64,000 bases of DNA from NCBI GenBank assembly GCA_050246815.1, contig JBFWVI010000007.1:7996-71995 (forward strand). Direction: 5' to 3'. This stretch comes from Bdellovibrionales bacterium (GTDB lineage Bacteria; Bdellovibrionota; Bdellovibrionia; Bdellovibrionales; UBA1609). Under the pieces are notes generated by a model. That model was not told the origin of the DNA and searched no databases. It saw only the letters and a program-made list of their open reading frames with translations. The translations under genes and the position numbers were made by a program. This document shows positions 18,568 through 28,281 of the stretch, piece after piece. Each line of letters starts with the position of its first letter. Position 1 is the first letter of the stretch.

Positions 18568-19002
18568 ATGACCGATTTTTCTCTTCGCCTGAAGGCCTCA
18601 GATGAATTGATCCTGCAAATCAGCGTGGATCAAAATGGGACGATCAGCGCGGCCTCATTAAAAGGTGTGGGAGGTCCGGACATGTTGAAAATGCTGGGGG
18701 AGTGGCGCGGTCGTTTAAAGGGAAAACTATCGGAGTTGGCTTTGCCAACTGGCGTGAATGGGCCGGAACTGATGCTGCGCGAGCTGCTTTTAAAAGCTCG
18801 CGGCGAATGGGTCGAGCCTTATCAAGATGAGGAGCTTTGCCACTGTCGTTCGATTCCCACCGCGATCGTGCACCAGGCCATTTTGGCCGGAGCTCATCGG
18901 CCCGAAGAGGTCTCGCGTTGGACTTCGGCTAGTACGGCTTGCGGAACTTGCCGAAAAGACGTCATTTGTTTATTAAAGGCCCAAGGCCTAAAAGTCGCTT
19001 GA
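18568..19002 (+). CDS. BFD-like [2Fe-2S]-binding domain protein
   Basis: The C-terminal cysteine pattern is CHCRS...(34 aa)...CGTCRKD. A GAAGG RBS is present. Confidence 0.62.
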   Translation: MTDFSLRLKASDELILQISVDQNGTISAASLKGVGGPDMLKMLGEWRGRLKGKLSELALPTGVNGPELMLRELLLKARGEWVEPYQDEELCHCRSIPTAIVHQAILAGAHRPEEVSRWTSASTACGTCRKDVICLLKAQGLKVA

Positions 19003-19032
19003 AGCTCTGAGTTTAGAATTTAGTGTCAGTTC

Positions 19033-19614
19033 GTGACCAAGAGCGATCTTTTTGCTACCAACCTTCTTGTGAAAGAAGAGATTTTTGATCTTCAGCCGAA
19101 TCTGCGCGGCTCGCTTTTAAAACTCGAGCCTTTGAAGCCACAAGATTTTGAATCTTTGTTTCTTGTCGCCTCAGACCCTCTCATTTGGCAGCTGCATCCT
19201 GAACCGACGCGCTATCAACGGTCGGTGTTTGAAAAGTTTTTCGATTTGGCTTTGCAATCCAAGGGGGCCTTGTTGGTTCGTGACCTTCAAAGTAATCTGG
19301 TACTTGGCAGCTCACGGTTCTACAATTTGAATTTGGCGCAAAAGCGAGTCACGATCGGGTACACCTTTTTGTCACGTTCATGCTGGGGAGGACAACACAA
19401 CGCCGATATGAAGCGGTTGATGCTGACCCATGCGTTTCAGTATGTCGAGGATGCGCTTTTTGAGGTCGGTGAAAGCAATTGGCGTTCACGCCGTGCCATG
19501 GAAAAGATCGGCGGGCGTTTGTGTGGCCGTATGCAAAAACAGAATTTGGATGGCCTGGCGCATGTGATTTATAAAATTTCAAAAGAGGAGTTTCTGCAAA
19601 GTGGAATTGCGTAA
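19033..19614 (+). CDS. GNAT-family N-acetyltransferase
   Basis: Motifs IGYTFLSRSCWGGQHNADMKRLMLTHAF and NWRSRRAMEKIGG. It has a GTG start. Confidence 0.7.
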   Translation: MTKSDLFATNLLVKEEIFDLQPNLRGSLLKLEPLKPQDFESLFLVASDPLIWQLHPEPTRYQRSVFEKFFDLALQSKGALLVRDLQSNLVLGSSRFYNLNLAQKRVTIGYTFLSRSCWGGQHNADMKRLMLTHAFQYVEDALFEVGESNWRSRRAMEKIGGRLCGRMQKQNLDGLAHVIYKISKEEFLQSGIA

Positions 19615-20311
19615 CATAAACTTTTTAAGTCTTTTGTGGTTCACAATTTTTATTTTGGGCTGTGGCCACTATAAAAAAATGCCCGAAGTGAACCATAACT
19701 TTGAAAAACAAGTCGAAACAAAGGTCTATCGTGGCGGCGAATTCGGATTTTTATTCGAAGGGCACGAATACAGCTTTATTTCTGAATTCATCGAACAGGG
19801 TGAGTATAATTGTCATTTTTATCTGGGCTATAAGGACAAACAGTTGGCCTACACGTTTCCATACAATTTGGCTGCAGAAAAGTTGAAGAAAGTCTACAGC
19901 GCTGAAATCGGTATCGAAGAAAAAATCAAGCAGGTTGTGGCAATCAGTGAGGCTCAGCACTCGCAAAAAAACGAATGCTCGAAAGAAATCGGACAAAAAA
20001 ATGAAAGCGTGGCAGAAAATGTCATGGCCATAGTGGCGTATAGCCCAATTTTGGCGATTGCGATTCCGATCGTTCCGGTTATGTTGATTGAGGGCTATCG
20101 CGAGCATGCGAAGGAAACTGAACTGGCCAAGAAACTGCGACAAGTTCGCCTGGGTCTTACCAATGAACAGGTCAACGAAATCATGGGATCTTCTTATACG
20201 GAGGCAAAATCCTATCCGTTCTCCATACAACAGTTTCGTGAATTGAAGCGAAACCTAGTTTTTGTTTATAAAAACAAAAAATTAATCGCTTACATCTGGG
20301 GTTATGAGTAG
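19601..20311 (+). CDS. Hypothetical lipoprotein
   Basis: A GTG start sits 10 nt after an AAAGAGGAG RBS. The lipobox is FILGC. The gene is AT-rich. Confidence 0.62.
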   Translation: MELRNINFLSLLWFTIFILGCGHYKKMPEVNHNFEKQVETKVYRGGEFGFLFEGHEYSFISEFIEQGEYNCHFYLGYKDKQLAYTFPYNLAAEKLKKVYSAEIGIEEKIKQVVAISEAQHSQKNECSKEIGQKNESVAENVMAIVAYSPILAIAIPIVPVMLIEGYREHAKETELAKKLRQVRLGLTNEQVNEIMGSSYTEAKSYPFSIQQFRELKRNLVFVYKNKKLIAYIWGYE

Positions 20312-21082
20312 TCAGCGCTTTGGCTGCGTTTCGGGAAATAACGAAGCCGCCCACTCTTCGCGAATGGGGCGCATTTGTTCATTGTTGAAATCCTTGGCCG
20401 CGCGATGGCCGCCAATGATGCTGCCGATATAGGTGACGCTAAAAACCGAGTACGCGGCCACTTCGGCGCCATGCATGTCATGATTGCCAAAATCAATGGC
20501 GGCTGCCAGAAATAGGGCGTTTAGAGCCAAGGACAACGCTGCGGTTTGCCAAGCGCCCACGTAGGCGTAACCGGCGCCGGGCAAGAGGGCGTTCATGCCG
20601 GTGGCCATGGCGGGGGATCGGCGGGGAACTTTCTGCAACTGCTTTTCAAGAGAAGATTTTTGTTCGGAAATCAAGGGGGCCGTCTGTAGCGCGGTCTTAA
20701 ATTCATTGCGATCACTTTGTGAACGCCATAAGAGGGCGCGATTTTTTGTCGCCATGTCCTTTAAGCTATCGTTCTCGTCCAAATAAATGGCCCGTAAAAA
20801 TGTGGCGTCCGGACCCAAATTCGTTGTCGAAAGCTCTTGGGTTAAATCTCGAACCTCTTGCAGTTCGGTCAGTTGATAAAAAGACAGGATCAAATTGTAT
20901 TTTGATTTTAAGGCCAAACTCGCACAGTTTGATTTTTGCGCGGTTGAAAAATGCAGCGAGCTTAAAAGGTATTGAGCCTTTTTGAAATACTGCTGGCCAA
21001 GGTCGAAATGCTCATTCAAAGAGCAATCCGCCGCCCAAATCGTTCGACTAAAGAAGATGACAGCTAAAATCCAAATCCGCAT
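20312..21082 (-). CDS. Hypothetical protein with a TPR-like N-terminal half and a two-helix membrane C-terminus
   Basis: It has a signal-like N-terminus. The C-terminal hydrophobic region is LLPGAGYAYVGAWQTAALSLALNALFLAAAI followed by a second helix. It is the last gene of an overlapping three-gene operon. Confidence 0.6.
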   Translation of the reverse strand: MRIWILAVIFFSRTIWAADCSLNEHFDLGQQYFKKAQYLLSSLHFSTAQKSNCASLALKSKYNLILSFYQLTELQEVRDLTQELSTTNLGPDATFLRAIYLDENDSLKDMATKNRALLWRSQSDRNEFKTALQTAPLISEQKSSLEKQLQKVPRRSPAMATGMNALLPGAGYAYVGAWQTAALSLALNALFLAAAIDFGNHDMHGAEVAAYSVFSVTYIGSIIGGHRAAKDFNNEQMRPIREEWAASLFPETQPKR

Positions 21083-21437
21083 GGCTTAGTCTCCGAGGGT
21101 CATAGATTTGCGGTTTACCCAGCAAATAGTTGTCCTCTTCTTTGGCAAAGCGGGCGAAAGAAAGCAAGGTTCCTGGCAAAGAACCACAACGTCTTATGAT
21201 TTTTAGTGCGTACTGTGAATCCGAAGGAAATTGTGCGCAGCTTGAACCAAGGGTTTTGCCCGCGCTGTGACGATAAAACTGCACGCCGGTGCTGCTTGAG
21301 GAACTTTTTTGTTTTTCGGAGATGTGGTTGGCGTCAAGCCGGGAAATTTGCAAAGGGCGATGGGCCGTGCTGAGGCAACCCACGGAGAAGTGGGCCGCCA
21401 TCAACATCAAGAAGCCTATTATTTCTTTTTGGTGCAT
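21048..21437 (-). CDS. Hypothetical protein with a degenerate YidD (haemolytic domain)-like core
   Basis: GVQFYRHSAGKTLGSSCAQFPSDSQYALKIIRRCGSLPGTLLSFARF resembles the YidD pattern FY...S.....C.F.PSCS.YA......G...G..L...R. It overlaps both neighbours, by 19 nt and 35 nt. Confidence 0.42.
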   Translation of the reverse strand: MHQKEIIGFLMLMAAHFSVGCLSTAHRPLQISRLDANHISEKQKSSSSSTGVQFYRHSAGKTLGSSCAQFPSDSQYALKIIRRCGSLPGTLLSFARFAKEEDNYLLGKPQIYDPRRLSHADLDFSCHLL

Positions 21438-21769
21438 GTGTATTCGTAGTTATGTTCGGGCTTATACTTTTGAATCCACAAGAAGGGGACCAGTACAAAC
21501 ACCCCGCCGGCACAAGCGCCGACGTCGAATTCTTCGTTGCGCGAGAACGAATAGTGCATAGGTTCGCAACCGTCTTTTTCAATGCGCACTTGAGTCGACG
21601 AGCCAACTGTTTTGGTGTCGGTGTGAGTGACCATGCCGCGGCCTTTCATTTCGCCGTCGATATATATCTTCGCTTCGGGATCCGAAGAGCGAATGTTGGT
21701 GGTGGACGAACAAGCCGCTAAAGCAGCAGCCATCGACAAACACACAAGGCGGTACAAATTCGTTTTCAT
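21419..21769 (-). CDS. PEGA-domain lipoprotein
   Basis: The internal ATG at 21769 has an AAGGAA RBS. The lipobox is LAAC. The PEGA-like motif is DPEAKIYIDGEMKG. Confidence 0.7.
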   Translation of the reverse strand: MKTNLYRLVCLSMAAALAACSSTTNIRSSDPEAKIYIDGEMKGRGMVTHTDTKTVGSSTQVRIEKDGCEPMHYSFSRNEEFDVGACAGGVFVLVPFLWIQKYKPEHNYEYTCTKKK

Positions 21770-21874
21770 AAACGTGTTCCTTTTCCCTTTGTAAGGAGTT
21801 GCATTTGAAATGAACCCCATAATCGAGTGAAAAGCGGGGTTCAATCAAGAAATAAAAATAGTTTTTTAATATTT

Positions 21875-22195
21875 CTAGCCGCCTGAGCCTGTTCCAGGCT
21901 GCTTTCGTTTGGTCGGTCCTCGACCCGGGCGGGGCTGTTCGGGGAATTGGCCCGTGGCTTCAAAGCTGTCGAGCATTTTTTGCAAGTAGGGGCGGCAAGA
22001 CCCCCCGCACGCGCCGACTCCGGCGTTGGTGGCGTCGAAGATTTTGATCAGGGAGTCGCAACCGCGACGGATGGCGGCTTCGATGGGTTCTTTGGGCACG
22101 CGGTTGCAATAGCAAACAAAGCGTTCACCCTTGTTCGATCGAGAGTGTGAGGAATGCTCGAACTTATTTGGGTTGGCTTTTTCGTTTTTGGCCAT
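21875..22195 (-). CDS. BFD-like [2Fe-2S]-binding protein (bacterioferritin-associated ferredoxin-like)
   Basis: The cysteine pattern is CYCNRV...(32 aa)...CGGSCRPY. The ATG at 22195 follows a GGAGG RBS. Confidence 0.68.
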   Translation of the reverse strand: MAKNEKANPNKFEHSSHSRSNKGERFVCYCNRVPKEPIEAAIRRGCDSLIKIFDATNAGVGACGGSCRPYLQKMLDSFEATGQFPEQPRPGRGPTKRKQPGTGSGG

Positions 22196-23231
22196 CCTGG
22201 TCCCAACCTCCGTTGCTGGGCTCATTGTCCAAACGGCTTAACAGCAATTCCACGACCCGGGCTTTGATGGTCTGGTATTCGCCCATGATGTAGGCCCCGG
22301 CGGCAAACATGTGGCCGCCGCCGTGAAAGGCTTCGGCGACGCCCAAAACTTCAATCTTGCCTTTGCTGCGCAAACTCATTTTGTATTCATTTTTTTTATC
22401 CTCGCGAAACAAGGCGGCGGCTTCAAGCGAGTTGATATTCATGATCATGTCGATCACATCACGTGAGTCGTCCATGTCGAGGTTGTGGTCGTCAAGATCC
22501 TTGCTTTTCAGTTTTAAAACCGCGACCCGGCCTTCGCCGTGATACTCGATTTGTCCGAAAGCCAAGGATAAGAAAGCGATTTTTTCTTTGGTGTGAGTGG
22601 AAAAGAGATGGCGATGAATCTCTTCGCTATTGGGCACGAAACCAATCAACTCGGCGGCCATTAGATGCGAGTTGCTTGAGTTTTTCACAAACTTGAACAG
22701 CTGGGTGTCGAACGCGATGCTGGTGTAAAGGGCGCGGGCAATTTTTTCGTCCAGGTGAATGCCTAGATTTTTAATCAAAAAGTAAGCGATCTCGCCGGTG
22801 CTGGCGGCACGAGTTTCGATGAATGAACCAGGGGTCGGCTCCGGGCCGGTGTTAAGGACCGGGTGATGGTCGACAAACAAGACCTCGCGGCATTTACTCT
22901 CAAGAGGGCCCCAAAGCGGTTCCACCAAACGGCGGTCATTGGTGTCGAAAATCAGGGCCAAATCGGTCGGCTCTATTGGCTTATGCGGTCCCTCAAACAC
23001 CTCAAGATGGCGCTGGGGCTCTAAAAAGCTATATTTTTTGGGGACATTGTCGACGCAGATAGCGCGAACCTGTCGTCCTGTTTTTTTAAGTGCGTGGTAA
23101 AGGGCCAAAATCGCGCCTAACCCATCACCATCGCACTGCTTGTGAGTGGTCAGAATAATGGATTTAGCGGCCAGAATGCGCTTGGTTAAACTGTCTACAT
23201 TTATGATGCTGAGCCGAGCGGGAGTATTCAT
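22164..23231 (-). CDS. nrnA: DHH/DHHA1 phosphoesterase (NrnA-like oligoribonuclease/pAp phosphatase)
   Basis: Motifs HKQCDGDGLGA, FDTND, VDHHPV and GGGHMFAAGA. The start is at the internal ATG 23231. Confidence 0.82.
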   Translation of the reverse strand: MNTPARLSIINVDSLTKRILAAKSIILTTHKQCDGDGLGAILALYHALKKTGRQVRAICVDNVPKKYSFLEPQRHLEVFEGPHKPIEPTDLALIFDTNDRRLVEPLWGPLESKCREVLFVDHHPVLNTGPEPTPGSFIETRAASTGEIAYFLIKNLGIHLDEKIARALYTSIAFDTQLFKFVKNSSNSHLMAAELIGFVPNSEEIHRHLFSTHTKEKIAFLSLAFGQIEYHGEGRVAVLKLKSKDLDDHNLDMDDSRDVIDMIMNINSLEAAALFREDKKNEYKMSLRSKGKIEVLGVAEAFHGGGHMFAAGAYIMGEYQTIKARVVELLLSRLDNEPSNGGWDQDGQKRKSQPK

Positions 23232-23398
23232 GCCTTTTCTTTTCGGCTGTTCGATGAAGTTACTTTTGTAAAAAATTAGCAATATTTTCAGTAATTTGCG
23301 TCAAAATTCTTGTTTTAACCATGCTCGTCTTTAAGGTTGCGGACGTTAAGAATTTCATTATAATGAGCGCTCATTTTTTTTGCGCAGGGAGTTGTCTC

Positions 23399-23878
23399 AT
23401 GGCGTCAGAACGTCAGCCCATGACTTTGGCCGGAAAGGCCAAGCTGGAGAGTGAATTGAAACACCTTTTACAGGTGGAAAGACCCTCGACTATTCGGGCG
23501 ATCGAAGAGGCGCGAGGCCATGGCGACATCAGCGAAAATGCGGACTATGATGCCGCTAAAGAGCGCCAGGCTTTTGTCGAGGCTCGTATCGCCGAAATTC
23601 AAGGGCGGCTGGCCAATGCTGAAGTGGTCGACACCTCGGTATTAAAGTCGAACACCATCATCTTTGGCGCTCATGTTGAATTGCAAGATTGTGAAACCGA
23701 AGATGAAGTGACCTACCAAATCGTGGGCGAAGATGAATCAGACGTTAAAAACGGCAAGATTTCAGTCTTTTCACCCATGGCTCGAAGTCTGATCGGCAAA
23801 AAAACCGGCGACATCATTGAATTGCGCAGTCCCAAGGGCGAGCGTGAGTTTGAGGTCTTACGTTTTTTTTTCAAGTAA
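23399..23878 (+). CDS. greA: Transcription elongation factor GreA
   Basis: Motifs MTLAGKAKLESELKHL, GDISENADYDAAKERQAFVEARI and SPMARSLIGKKTGD. An AGGGAG RBS is present. Confidence 0.92.
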   Translation: MASERQPMTLAGKAKLESELKHLLQVERPSTIRAIEEARGHGDISENADYDAAKERQAFVEARIAEIQGRLANAEVVDTSVLKSNTIIFGAHVELQDCETEDEVTYQIVGEDESDVKNGKISVFSPMARSLIGKKTGDIIELRSPKGEREFEVLRFFFK

Positions 23879-23883
23879 CATAA

Positions 23884-25908
23884 ATGCCGTCAACTCGAGC
23901 TCCACAACGACGTCGAAAGATTAAAAAAAATCCCCAGCATGTGGCGGCGACCGGCTGGGCGTGGCTGATGATCGGTTTGTTGATGGCGTTGTTTTTTGGC
24001 GGGGCCGTTCGAGCCCTGCTTTCAGAACGCCAAGTGCGACAATGGATTGAACGAACTTGGACGCAAGAAAACCCGCCCTACAATCTTAGTTTCAGCAGCG
24101 CGCGAGTCGAACTGAGTGATGGTTGGCGGCCGCACTTTGGTTTGCGGGTGCTTGATCTTGAGCTGACGCCCAAAGACCCCTGCCAACGGGGTTACAAGAT
24201 GCAGGTCGACGACCTGTTTTTGCCCGGTCCTATCGCGGTTTTGTGGGGTGGGACTTTGCGCTTTGGCCAAATCGTGGCGCAGAGGGTGAATGTCGAAAAA
24301 ATGGCGGCCTGTGCAGCGGCTGCGCTGCCGACACCGGTTGTGTCCGGCGTTGTGCGTGAAGTCGCGACAGCCCCAGGCGAAGGCGACAACAATACAGCTT
24401 TAAATGAACGGCGTGCCGCCGCTGAAAAATTTTTGCGCGAGCGCTGGGCTTTAGAGCTGGAAAATACCTCGCAGTGGTTAAGTGGGGTGCGTTTATTAGA
24501 TGTGCGCGTGACCGGTTTGGGTGCCACGTTTGATCAGCTGAAATTACACCAGGTCGATTTGAATTTTGCCAAGGACGGGTCGGCTGCGGATTTAACAGTG
24601 GCCTTTGGTTTTGAAGGACTTTTGGATGAGGCCCTGGCCGGCAACCAAGCGCGTTTACAAGCCCATGCCTCGGCCAGCAAAGCTGACCTGCGCCTGCATG
24701 TTCCCGTGCGTGAAGGGCGGGTGACCGTCAACGCCGCTGCGGATTTAAGCACTTTAAATTATATTGGCGAATTCAACTTAGATTTTGTTCCGGCGACCTC
24801 GCTTGTGGAAATTTTGAAACAACTGGATGTGATCACCGATCCGATCTCTTTGAAGCGCTCATGGCTGGCGGGACAAGGGCGTTGGCAGGGGCGGCTTTTG
24901 GTGCCGCAACCGGTTTCACTGATCTATGCGGATCATTTGAAGTTGAGCGGCGACGCAGGTTCGGTGCAAGTGCAGGGGCTTGATTTGTCGCCTCAAGAGC
25001 ACACCTTGGCATTCAAGCCCTTTATCATACGACTTGATCATTTTTCATTGCGCTATTTAATCGAGGCTCTTGGGCGCAAGGGCTACACCGGTGTGATCAG
25101 TGATTTCGGCCAACTCAGTGGGGATTTGCAGGTCGACAGCCCCAAGCAGGTTGCGTTTCGCGGCGAAATCGAAAACATGGTCATTAACTTTTCGCGGCAA
25201 AGCGTACGTGCCACGCAAAAGGTAAACTCCCTTCGATGCGCATTAGAGCTGCGCCAGGGACGAGTTTCAGGTATGGCTCGCGAGTTTGAACTCGACAATG
25301 GCACTTTGCGTGGCCATGTCTCGTTTAATTTGGATCGGCAAGTTCTGAACGGCTTATTTCAAATCAAGGTCGACGAATTGCAATTTCAGCCAGAAGTGCA
25401 GCGCTTGATGACAGGTGGGCAAATCGCGCCCATTGCGCTTTATGGGCAGGGGCAGATGAGTGAAGGGCATGTCAAACAATGGAGCGGTGAGATCGGCAGC
25501 AAGGAAATTATCGGTTCCAATTGGCGCACCGACACTTTGAAGATTCGCAGTGAGTTTGCCAATCAGCAGATGATTTTGCAGCTGAAGGCCAATGGCTTGA
25601 AGTTGTTTGCGGACAACGATTTTTGGCAGCGTTTTAAACCCGTATTGGCGAAGTCCCCCAAGGTCCGTGAAGAGTTGAGCCTGAAGCATTTGAGCGCGCG
25701 ATTTGAAGTGAGCAGCCAGGCCTTTAAATGGCGAAATGCTTCGGCCAGCACCTTAGAAGGAGATGTCCTTTTGGCGACCGCCGGGCAGGCGGATCGTCAT
25801 CAAGTGGAAGGGACTTTAAGTTTGGATTTTCCAACCGCGAAGATGGTGCGCTGGGTGGTCATTGGTCCTTGGAATGATTTGCAGTTCAGCCCAGCACCGG
25901 GACGCTAG
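23884..25908 (+). CDS. Large membrane-anchored hypothetical protein (possibly AsmA-like)
   Basis: 674 aa with a basic N-terminus, one TM helix, and a long predicted periplasmic region. The AsmA-like assignment is only a weak impression. Confidence 0.55.
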   Translation: MPSTRAPQRRRKIKKNPQHVAATGWAWLMIGLLMALFFGGAVRALLSERQVRQWIERTWTQENPPYNLSFSSARVELSDGWRPHFGLRVLDLELTPKDPCQRGYKMQVDDLFLPGPIAVLWGGTLRFGQIVAQRVNVEKMAACAAAALPTPVVSGVVREVATAPGEGDNNTALNERRAAAEKFLRERWALELENTSQWLSGVRLLDVRVTGLGATFDQLKLHQVDLNFAKDGSAADLTVAFGFEGLLDEALAGNQARLQAHASASKADLRLHVPVREGRVTVNAAADLSTLNYIGEFNLDFVPATSLVEILKQLDVITDPISLKRSWLAGQGRWQGRLLVPQPVSLIYADHLKLSGDAGSVQVQGLDLSPQEHTLAFKPFIIRLDHFSLRYLIEALGRKGYTGVISDFGQLSGDLQVDSPKQVAFRGEIENMVINFSRQSVRATQKVNSLRCALELRQGRVSGMAREFELDNGTLRGHVSFNLDRQVLNGLFQIKVDELQFQPEVQRLMTGGQIAPIALYGQGQMSEGHVKQWSGEIGSKEIIGSNWRTDTLKIRSEFANQQMILQLKANGLKLFADNDFWQRFKPVLAKSPKVREELSLKHLSARFEVSSQAFKWRNASASTLEGDVLLATAGQADRHQVEGTLSLDFPTAKMVRWVVIGPWNDLQFSPAPGR

Positions 25909-26930
25909 CGCAAGATCGAATCGTCGTGTAGTTTTTGACGCCAGGTCAACAGACCGCGTTCGAACAAAACCGAAATATTTTCTGCCAGTTTTTCACCCAG
26001 CGTTTTTCGGTGATGCAAAGAGAGCTCCAGGATCTGTCGTTCTGGATGCAGGCTGAACAGGTAGTCGTCACTGCTTTGCAGTCGATCACAAAGCTTCAGC
26101 TCTAGGGCCTGTTTGCCATACCAATATTCACCAGTGGCGATTTGACTTAAGTTCAACTGCGGCCGGTATTCAGCAACAAAATTCTTGAAAAGAGTGTGGG
26201 TGTCTTCGAGTTGGCTTAAAAATTTTTGTCGTCCCTTTTCTGTAATTTCACCCAATATGCTGATGGTGCGTTTGTACTCACCTGCGGTCATCTCTTCATA
26301 ATCGACGTCGTGTTTTTTTAGCACGCGATGAAGGTTGGGGACCTGCGCCACAACGCCAATCGAGCCCAAAATCGCAAAGGGTGCCGCGAGCAATTGATCG
26401 GCGGTGCAGGCCATCATGTAGCCGCCGGATGCTGCGACCTTGTCCACGCAAATCGTCAACTTAAGACCTTTGGCACGGATCCGCAGCAACTGCGTGGCGG
26501 CAAGACCATAAGTGTGAACCATGCCGCCCGTGCTTTCGACTTTCACGACCACTTCGTCGCCATTTTGCGCGCTGGTGAGTACGGCGGTGATTTCATCGCG
26601 GAGCTGCTCGACGGCAGAGGCTTTGACGTCGCCGTCGAAGTTTAAAACGAAAACCTTGGGCTGTGCGACACCCTCTTTGCGCTTTTGTTTTTCAGCTTTG
26701 GCGCGGGCTTTCAGCTCCTTTTTCATCTGTTTGGGATCACTGCTCATTTCGTGCAAGGCATCAGCATAGGCTTGAAAGCGGTCATTGACGCTTTCGACTT
26801 CAAGATGGCGTTGTGAGGCCGCGCGACTGCGCAGCAGAAGGTTAGCCAAGACCACAAGTATCACCACCAAGGCCATCGTGACTAAAAGAACTTTGCCGGC
26901 GAAGCCGCCGATGTCGTAGAGCATTTCCAT
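25905..26930 (-). CDS. sohB: S49-family protease SohB
   Basis: It has an N-terminal TM helix, a Lys-rich linker, and the motif VESTGGMVHTYGLAA...DKVAASGGYMMACTA...GSIGVV. Confidence 0.85.
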   Translation of the reverse strand: MEMLYDIGGFAGKVLLVTMALVVILVVLANLLLRSRAASQRHLEVESVNDRFQAYADALHEMSSDPKQMKKELKARAKAEKQKRKEGVAQPKVFVLNFDGDVKASAVEQLRDEITAVLTSAQNGDEVVVKVESTGGMVHTYGLAATQLLRIRAKGLKLTICVDKVAASGGYMMACTADQLLAAPFAILGSIGVVAQVPNLHRVLKKHDVDYEEMTAGEYKRTISILGEITEKGRQKFLSQLEDTHTLFKNFVAEYRPQLNLSQIATGEYWYGKQALELKLCDRLQSSDDYLFSLHPERQILELSLHHRKTLGEKLAENISVLFERGLLTWRQKLHDDSILR

Positions 26931-27018
26931 GGCTATGTCATAGGGCGACTCTGAGGCTTAAGTCGAGGAAAAAGAGGCCAGGATTGCGGCGAACCGATCC
27001 CTGCCGCAAAATCAGGGG

Positions 27019-27450
27019 ATGCAGGCTTTGTTTTTAAGCTTATTTCTGACACTTAACGTGGCGCATGGCCAAGAGTTAGTGACCGAAAACGATCTTTCGG
27101 AATACCGCCACCAGGTCGAAGGGCTCAACCAGCGCTATGAAGATTTTTTCGCCCATGAAGAGCGATTGCGTCGCTATGAAGACAACTTAAAACGCGCTGT
27201 TCCGGATCAGAAGGCAGAACGCCGACGATATGAGCGAGAGGCTGAGGCCGCGATGCGAGAACACCGCCTGCACCGCCGAGAGCGAGCGGACACCGCGGCC
27301 TTAGAGCAACAAGATGCAAAAGAGAAGCGGGCCCAGGCCGCCGTGCAAGAGCGCCATCGTCGCGATTACGTCACGCGGCGCGAACAATTGCGCCGGATAT
27401 CAGAATCGGCGCGTAAAATTCCAGCCAACCGTGATGCAGGTCTAGAATAA
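27019..27450 (+). CDS. Secreted, highly charged (Arg/Glu-rich) coiled-coil-like hypothetical protein
   Basis: The signal peptide is MQALFLSLFLTLNVAHG. The mature part is dominated by R/E/A/Q heptad-like sequence. Confidence 0.55.
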   Translation: MQALFLSLFLTLNVAHGQELVTENDLSEYRHQVEGLNQRYEDFFAHEERLRRYEDNLKRAVPDQKAERRRYEREAEAAMREHRLHRRERADTAALEQQDAKEKRAQAAVQERHRRDYVTRREQLRRISESARKIPANRDAGLE

Positions 27451-27467
27451 TCACCACGCCTGAAATT

Positions 27468-28169
27468 TTAACCTTTGACGATTTCGTCGAAACTGAGAGC
27501 GGTCAAACGGGCCAGCCGTGACAAAAAATAGTACAGCACCGCACCTGTGAAGATCATCATGGGAAGCGCAATTGCGACAAAACCCATACCCGTCATCTTG
27601 GCGATTTGTTCGTTAAGCATATCGGCGCGCACATCGTGGGCCAAGCTGGGATCCAAGTCGATGAAGATCCGGCGCGCGAGCACGTAATTTAAGACGCTGC
27701 TCAACACAAAAGAACCCGCCAGCCAAAAAGTAGAATTGCGCACCAGTCGGCTAAACGCCAGGTTCTGCGAACGCTCATTCAGGCGTTGCTCAATTTTTGC
27801 CAAGTGCAAAAGCTGCTCATTGTAAAAAAGTGTTCCCATCAGGGGTTTGCGACTCAAGGCAGAAGCCGCCACACCAAGCGCCATTAAAGCGGGGAATGCG
27901 GCTTCCTTAACGGCAAACCAAATGCCTTCTAAACGCATCAGCGCAAAGCCGCCGGTGAAGGCAACGCTGACAATGCCGAAAAGGGAAACATAGTTTTTGT
28001 GGTGGTTGCGGGCGTAATCCCAAAGGCCATAGCCAATCGGCAGGGCCAGGGCGGCTAAAAGCGCCAGAAGGGGACCTTGCTCCCCTAATCGTTTGCCCAT
28101 TTGCTGCAGCAGGATGACCGGCAAAATCACGTTGATAAGGATGCTGAGCATTGGGTTTTCGCGTTTCAT
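27468..28169 (-). CDS. Polytopic inner-membrane hypothetical protein
   Basis: 233 aa with about six hydrophobic helices and an ATG start. The family was not recognised. Confidence 0.62.
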   Translation of the reverse strand: MKRENPMLSILINVILPVILLQQMGKRLGEQGPLLALLAALALPIGYGLWDYARNHHKNYVSLFGIVSVAFTGGFALMRLEGIWFAVKEAAFPALMALGVAASALSRKPLMGTLFYNEQLLHLAKIEQRLNERSQNLAFSRLVRNSTFWLAGSFVLSSVLNYVLARRIFIDLDPSLAHDVRADMLNEQIAKMTGMGFVAIALPMMIFTGAVLYYFLSRLARLTALSFDEIVKG

Positions 28170-28281
28170 CGATGGAAATTTGACAGATAGGACAAGAAAG
28201 TCAATTTCTACTTTTGTTAGACTGAGGCTTGTTTTCGCGGCCCAGTGGCTCTAGCCTGCGCGGGTTTTAAATGGGGGATTT

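Noticed and set aside
19751-20230. 159-aa minus-strand ORF.
   Set aside because: It is antisense to the lipoprotein gene, which has an RBS and a lipobox.
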